Virus record (IMG/VR): IMGVR_UViG_2681812962_000001
Coordinates: 27,407 to 91,406 of that record
Length of the DNA stretch: 64,000 nucleotides
Strand: one strand, 5' to 3'
Source: a virus
Taxonomy: Duplodnaviria; Caudoviricetes
Below, piece after piece: positions 60,524 to 64,000 of the stretch. Position 1 is the stretch's first letter; the number at the start of each line of letters is the position of its first letter. The translations under genes and the position numbers were made by a program. The notes beneath the pieces are model-generated. The model saw only the letters and a list, made by a program, of their open reading frames with translations, was not told the DNA's origin and did no database searches.

Positions 60524-60699
60524 CCAATCACCTCTAATCTAGTAGTGAATTAATATTATCATAAGAAAGGTGGAGCTACTATTAAGCTTGTGCTTAAGTT
60601 GTATTATAGTAAACTATTCAAACACATCAGGCGCAAACAGTACCATAAAGCATATTAAAAGCTTGCTTATCAGAAAAAACGTGCAAAAAGGAGAATTAG

Positions 60700-61266
60700 A
60701 TGGCCAATATAATTATTACTCAAGCTCAAGCGAATAAACTTCGAGAGGTGTTAAAACGATATACAGTCGAACAAGTAAGCGATAATTTCGGGACAGAAGA
60801 TAGCTATTGGGATCCATTATCACCAGAATGGGATGGAGTACCTTTAGATACACTCAATAGAGCTCTATACCAGCCTTACGATATTGCAGGATTTACATTA
60901 GGTCAGTGGATAGTACAATTAGAAGATAAAATGACGCTAGAAGTTCTTCAAGACAACATTCAGTTTATCAATGAGAACCATACAAAATATCGTAAAGCTA
61001 CGCTGTCAGAAGAAAGAGAAGGAAAACGTAGAAAACAATTCATTATTTCCGGCAGAAAAGTAGATGAATATAAGCGAAACGATCTAATTAGAATCATGGA
61101 TGACGCTGATCGCTACATATTTCGTATTGTGAAGGATGTTAACCTGGATGGAGTAGTTGTTGACTCCGATCGAGTAGTTGAAACAAGTATTGGTGAGAAG
61201 GTGTATTTCAATAATTGTATATTAGTCTGTCCGGTGGAAAAGAGACTTGATATGGACATTAAGTAA
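60700..61266 (+). CDS. Hypothetical phage protein
   Basis: 188 aa, SD AAGGAG. Confidence 0.7.
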   Translation: MANIIITQAQANKLREVLKRYTVEQVSDNFGTEDSYWDPLSPEWDGVPLDTLNRALYQPYDIAGFTLGQWIVQLEDKMTLEVLQDNIQFINENHTKYRKATLSEEREGKRRKQFIISGRKVDEYKRNDLIRIMDDADRYIFRIVKDVNLDGVVVDSDRVVETSIGEKVYFNNCILVCPVEKRLDMDIK

Positions 61267-61308
61267 TATGTAAGGAAAAGTTGTAAATAAAATAAAATTA
61301 TATGAGGG

Positions 61309-61848
61309 GTGGATTATATTCTTAATGAAGGAAAGATATTTGAACAACAAATTAAAGCTTCAGCTAAAAAGCAGGGTGTCTATATGTATCGTATTAAAGA
61401 TACTTCCCCTATACAGCTTAAAAGAAATGTTAAGGTTAGCCCGAATGTGTTTGATTGTTTTATATTCTCAGATGGTTTTCTTTTCCCAGCGGAACTCAAA
61501 TCCACTAAGCAGAAAAGTATTTCATGGGATGAAAGGATAATTAAGCAACACCAGATCGACAGTCTTAAAGAAGCTGCTATATACAGTAATATTATACCTG
61601 GCTTCATATTTAATTTTAGAGAGCCAGAAGACAATACGTATTTTGTACACATTAATGACTTTCTACTATATAAGGATATTGCCGAGAATGGTAAGGAACA
61701 CACGTACAAAAGCAAAGTTAACAAGTCATCTATTCCAATTGGAATCTGCAGAGAAATAGGTGTTAAGTTGATTTCAATTAAAGCAAGAACGAAGTATACA
61801 TATTATATAAATCAAATGTGTAGGGATTTAATTAAGAAATACTCATAA
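61309..61848 (+). CDS. recU: RecU-like Holliday junction resolvase (PD-(D/E)xK)
   Basis: NEGKIFEQ, FD, ELKST, IKQHQIDSL, GFIFNF. Confidence 0.8.
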   Translation: MDYILNEGKIFEQQIKASAKKQGVYMYRIKDTSPIQLKRNVKVSPNVFDCFIFSDGFLFPAELKSTKQKSISWDERIIKQHQIDSLKEAAIYSNIIPGFIFNFREPEDNTYFVHINDFLLYKDIAENGKEHTYKSKVNKSSIPIGICREIGVKLISIKARTKYTYYINQMCRDLIKKYS

Positions 61849-61894
61849 GACAAACTTTGAATTACATAGTGATGAGCAACAAGGAGGGGAATTA

Positions 61895-62158
61895 TTGTTC
61901 CAGGTAAAAATTAATGAAGACGAGTTGAAAGCGATCTATTTAGAAACACTTCAGCAGCATATAGAGGAAATCGACAAAGAATGCATCTTTTGGGATTCAA
62001 AAGAATTAATGAAACAAACTAAGATGAGTTGGAATACTATTCAGGATAAGTTTTTCTATGACTCGCGTTTTCCTAAGAAAAAGATAGGTGGGAAATGGTA
62101 CTATCATGGAGAAAAGACTAAACAATTTTTATCTTATTGGTTTGCTGAACAGGACTAA
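61895..62158 (+). CDS. Excisionase/recombination directionality factor-like HTH protein
   Basis: FWDSKELMKQTKMSWNTI...FPKKKIGGKWYY; last gene before att. Confidence 0.6.
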   Translation: MFQVKINEDELKAIYLETLQQHIEEIDKECIFWDSKELMKQTKMSWNTIQDKFFYDSRFPKKKIGGKWYYHGEKTKQFLSYWFAEQD

Positions 62159-62166
62159 AAAACATG

Positions 62167-62196
62167 CCCTTAACCCTAGCGGTTGAGGGTTTTTTC
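62167..62196 (+). terminator. Intrinsic terminator
   Basis: CCCTTAACC-CTAGC-GGTTGAGGG-TTTTTT. Confidence 0.75.
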
Positions 62197-62208
62197 AATA
62201 GGGTGATT

Positions 62209-62249
62209 TGACCACCAATTTGACCACATTTTGACCACCAAATGACCAC
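62209..62249 (+). repeat. Four direct TGACCAC repeats, integrase arm-type sites
   Basis: Copies at 62209, 62221, 62232 and 62243 (11-12 bp period), about 100 bp from the att core. Confidence 0.7.
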
Positions 62250-62351
62250 CTGGAAGTAAAAAAGCATGAAATTGTTTGAAAAGCTATTTTTAAGAAACGT
62301 TGATTTCATGCGATTTCTCACACCTATTCATATCCCTAAATACCCCAATAT

Positions 62352-62408
62352 ATGTTCCGCACGCAAGTACATCCATGGGAACGTTCTCAGTATATGGAGA
62401 ACTTCTAA
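62352..62408 (+). pseudogene. glnA: Displaced 3' end of glutamine synthetase, the prophage att junction
   Basis: Translates MFRTQVHPWERSQYMENF*, the conserved Bacillus GlnA C-terminus, with no upstream glnA body. Confidence 0.85.
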
Positions 62409-62421
62409 TCTATTAATCTGT

Positions 62422-62456
62422 AAACCTCTGATACTATTTGTATCGGAGGTTTTTTC
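62422..62456 (+). terminator. Original glnA terminator
   Basis: AAACCTCTGATAC-TATTT-GTATCGGAGGTTTTTT. Confidence 0.75.
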
Positions 62457-62685
62457 GTTTAGTTGTTTTTATTTCAGTTTCTAACGCTAACGGCTTCAAA
62501 CATTACACTTCGCATAAGAAGTCGGGCAGAATAACATAATTTTTATGTAGTACAGAATTAATAGGTGACGATAGGAAAATTATGGGTTATGCTATTGTAG
62601 CAGGAATTACCGGCTTTCGAACAGATGCCACTGCTCTAGATATCTAGAGGATAGAGAAGGTTGACTGGCAGGAGGAATTTAATAA

Positions 62686-62802
62686 TTGATTACGGATATT
62701 ATGTGGGAAATCGAATTTTTAATAGACAGAGTATTATATCTTGGAGCAATACCTGCAATTATTTATGCATTATATTTGCTGCAAAAGATTTCAAAAAAGT
62801 AG
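62686..62802 (+). CDS. Small single-TM protein (38 aa)
   Basis: SD GGAGG plus TTG, MITDIMWEIEFLIDRVLYLGAIPAIIYALYLLQKISKK, hairpin downstream. Confidence 0.45.
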   Translation: MITDIMWEIEFLIDRVLYLGAIPAIIYALYLLQKISKK

Positions 62803-63079
62803 GCTGCCTAACGAATGGCTCATTCTGAATAAGGAATGGGCTGTTTTGTTTGCTTGAATATAACAACTGAAAGTTATAATTTGATTAATTTCTTGTGAAG
62901 TATTCATACAAATGGTGTGTGTAATGTGCTTCGGTAATTTATGATTAAACAGAAGTATTATGGATTGCAGCCTTTCCTAATCATTGAAATAAGGCGGCCT
63001 ATTATAAACTGGAATAATTAAAACGCCGTGGACAGCCCTGAGCTCTTACGTACGATAAACCGAAAGGAGCTATATACGA

Positions 63080-64000
63080 ATGGCTAGAGTATCATTAGAC
63101 ACGTTGCTGCGTCGTTCGGAAAGAAATATGGGGAACGGCATGAATCCTATCGTGAAGCAGAGCGCGCTGGAGGTAATTCGGCGGGCATATAAGGAAGGCA
63201 TCCATGTTCAAATCTCCCAGGGGATGCGGACATATGCAGAGCAGAACAGATTGTATGCGCAAGGCCGGACTGCGCCGGGAAGTATCGTAACAAATGCTAG
63301 AGGCGGTCAGTCGAACCATAACTTTGGCCTGGCGGTAGATTTCTTCCTCACTACTTGGGACGGCACGAAAGCCACTTGGACAGTAAATGACAATTGGCGT
63401 CGGGCTGCCGCTATCGCTAAAAGTCTCGGCTTTGAATGGGGCGGTGACTGGAGAAGCTTTAAGGATTATCCTCATCTCGAGATGACGGGAGGTCTTTCTA
63501 CAGCGCAGCTGCGCGCGGGGAGTAGACCAAGTCTGACGGATCGTACTGGCACTGCGACACCGTCTCCTAGCAGTAATGGTGGTAACGGCAGCAGCCCAGC
63601 GCCTGGCGGAACGGAATTGGTTAAAACAGCACAAAGATGGGCGAACCAATACAAGGAAGAAGCAAGTTTTCGGGAGCTTGATGTAGATGGATTGAATGGT
63701 CCGTTAACAATGGACGCGTTGCTGCGAATTTGCCAGCTGTTCGGTAAGACAGCCATTGATGGCATATGGGGACCAAGAACAAAAGCTTCTGTGCCAGAGC
63801 AGAGTATAACCGACCATCAGCCTGGCTGGACACGTTTAATTCAAGCTACACTCGTATGCTTAGGATACAACTTGAACATCGATGGTATTTACGGCACTAA
63901 CACAAGAGGCGCGATAAGTGCTTACCAGCGCAGCCAAGGTATTGGTGTTGATGGTATTGCTGGTCCAGAAACATTTGAAGAATTCTTTAAAACTGCGTAA
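63080..64000 (+). CDS. M15 family L-Ala-D-Glu peptidase (CwlK/Ply500-like) with C-terminal peptidoglycan-binding domains; outside the prophage
   Basis: RTYAEQNRLYAQGR, SNHNFGLAVD, WGGDW, DYPHLE; DGIYG/DGIAG PG-binding repeats; visibly higher GC. Confidence 0.9.
   Translation: MARVSLDTLLRRSERNMGNGMNPIVKQSALEVIRRAYKEGIHVQISQGMRTYAEQNRLYAQGRTAPGSIVTNARGGQSNHNFGLAVDFFLTTWDGTKATWTVNDNWRRAAAIAKSLGFEWGGDWRSFKDYPHLEMTGGLSTAQLRAGSRPSLTDRTGTATPSPSSNGGNGSSPAPGGTELVKTAQRWANQYKEEASFRELDVDGLNGPLTMDALLRICQLFGKTAIDGIWGPRTKASVPEQSITDHQPGWTRLIQATLVCLGYNLNIDGIYGTNTRGAISAYQRSQGIGVDGIAGPETFEEFFKTA

Larger units (their letters stand above)
1..62384. mobile_element. SPbeta-like prophage, right part; the left end and integrase are outside the window
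   Basis: Gene order matches SPbeta yomU-yonK, hup, yonP, yopP/Q/R, yorF-yorM, RNR and thioredoxin. It ends at a duplicated glnA 3' end flanked by arm-type repeats and an excisionase-like gene. The right boundary is approximate. Confidence 0.93.

Noticed and set aside
62266-62484. 72 aa ORF across the att region
   Set aside because: Shadow ORF; the meaningful frame is the glnA 3' fragment.
63095-63833. Minus-strand ORFs of 184, 97 and 70 aa
   Set aside because: Antisense shadows of the GC-richer M15 peptidase gene.
63080-64000. M15 peptidase as this prophage's endolysin
   Set aside because: It lies beyond the att junction, has higher GC and no adjacent holin; it may be host-encoded or from another element.
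1-64000. tRNA, rRNA, IS elements, reverse transcriptase/retron or diversity-generating elements
   Set aside because: None recognised by eye; tRNAscan-SE and Infernal were not run.

Overview
Positions 1 to about 62,400 are the right-hand part of a large, AT-rich SPbeta-like (Spbetavirus-type) prophage in a Bacillaceae chromosome. From left to right it carries: a minus-strand head/packaging/tail-junction operon (yomU to yonK order) with a lipoprotein and a 7xLysM-GH19 insert; HU; a sigma-region-4-like gene pair where SPbeta has its RNA polymerase yonO; a divergent XRE-RecD2 operon; a palindrome-rich non-coding block; a YonT-like toxin; three HEPN-motif genes; the SroD/E/F (yopP/Q/R) repressor module without a visible arbitrium locus; a short early region; the yorF-yorL replication operon; and a nucleotide-metabolism cluster. 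The prophage ends at an att junction that duplicates the 3' end of glnA, and an M15 peptidase gene lies beyond it. Best candidates for new biology: (1) the ribonucleotide reductase alpha subunit lacks its C-terminal redox CxxC, which sits instead at the end of a small overlapping ORF; (2) a strand-polarised operator-like motif, AAGTAAAATAAAAT, at roughly 20 sites; (3) no YonO or arbitrium at their usual positions; (4) a symmetric dif/lox-like site; (5) a CCC-TAA +1 frameshift on the tail tube gene. SPbeta gene names come from recalled gene order and motifs, not from database searches.
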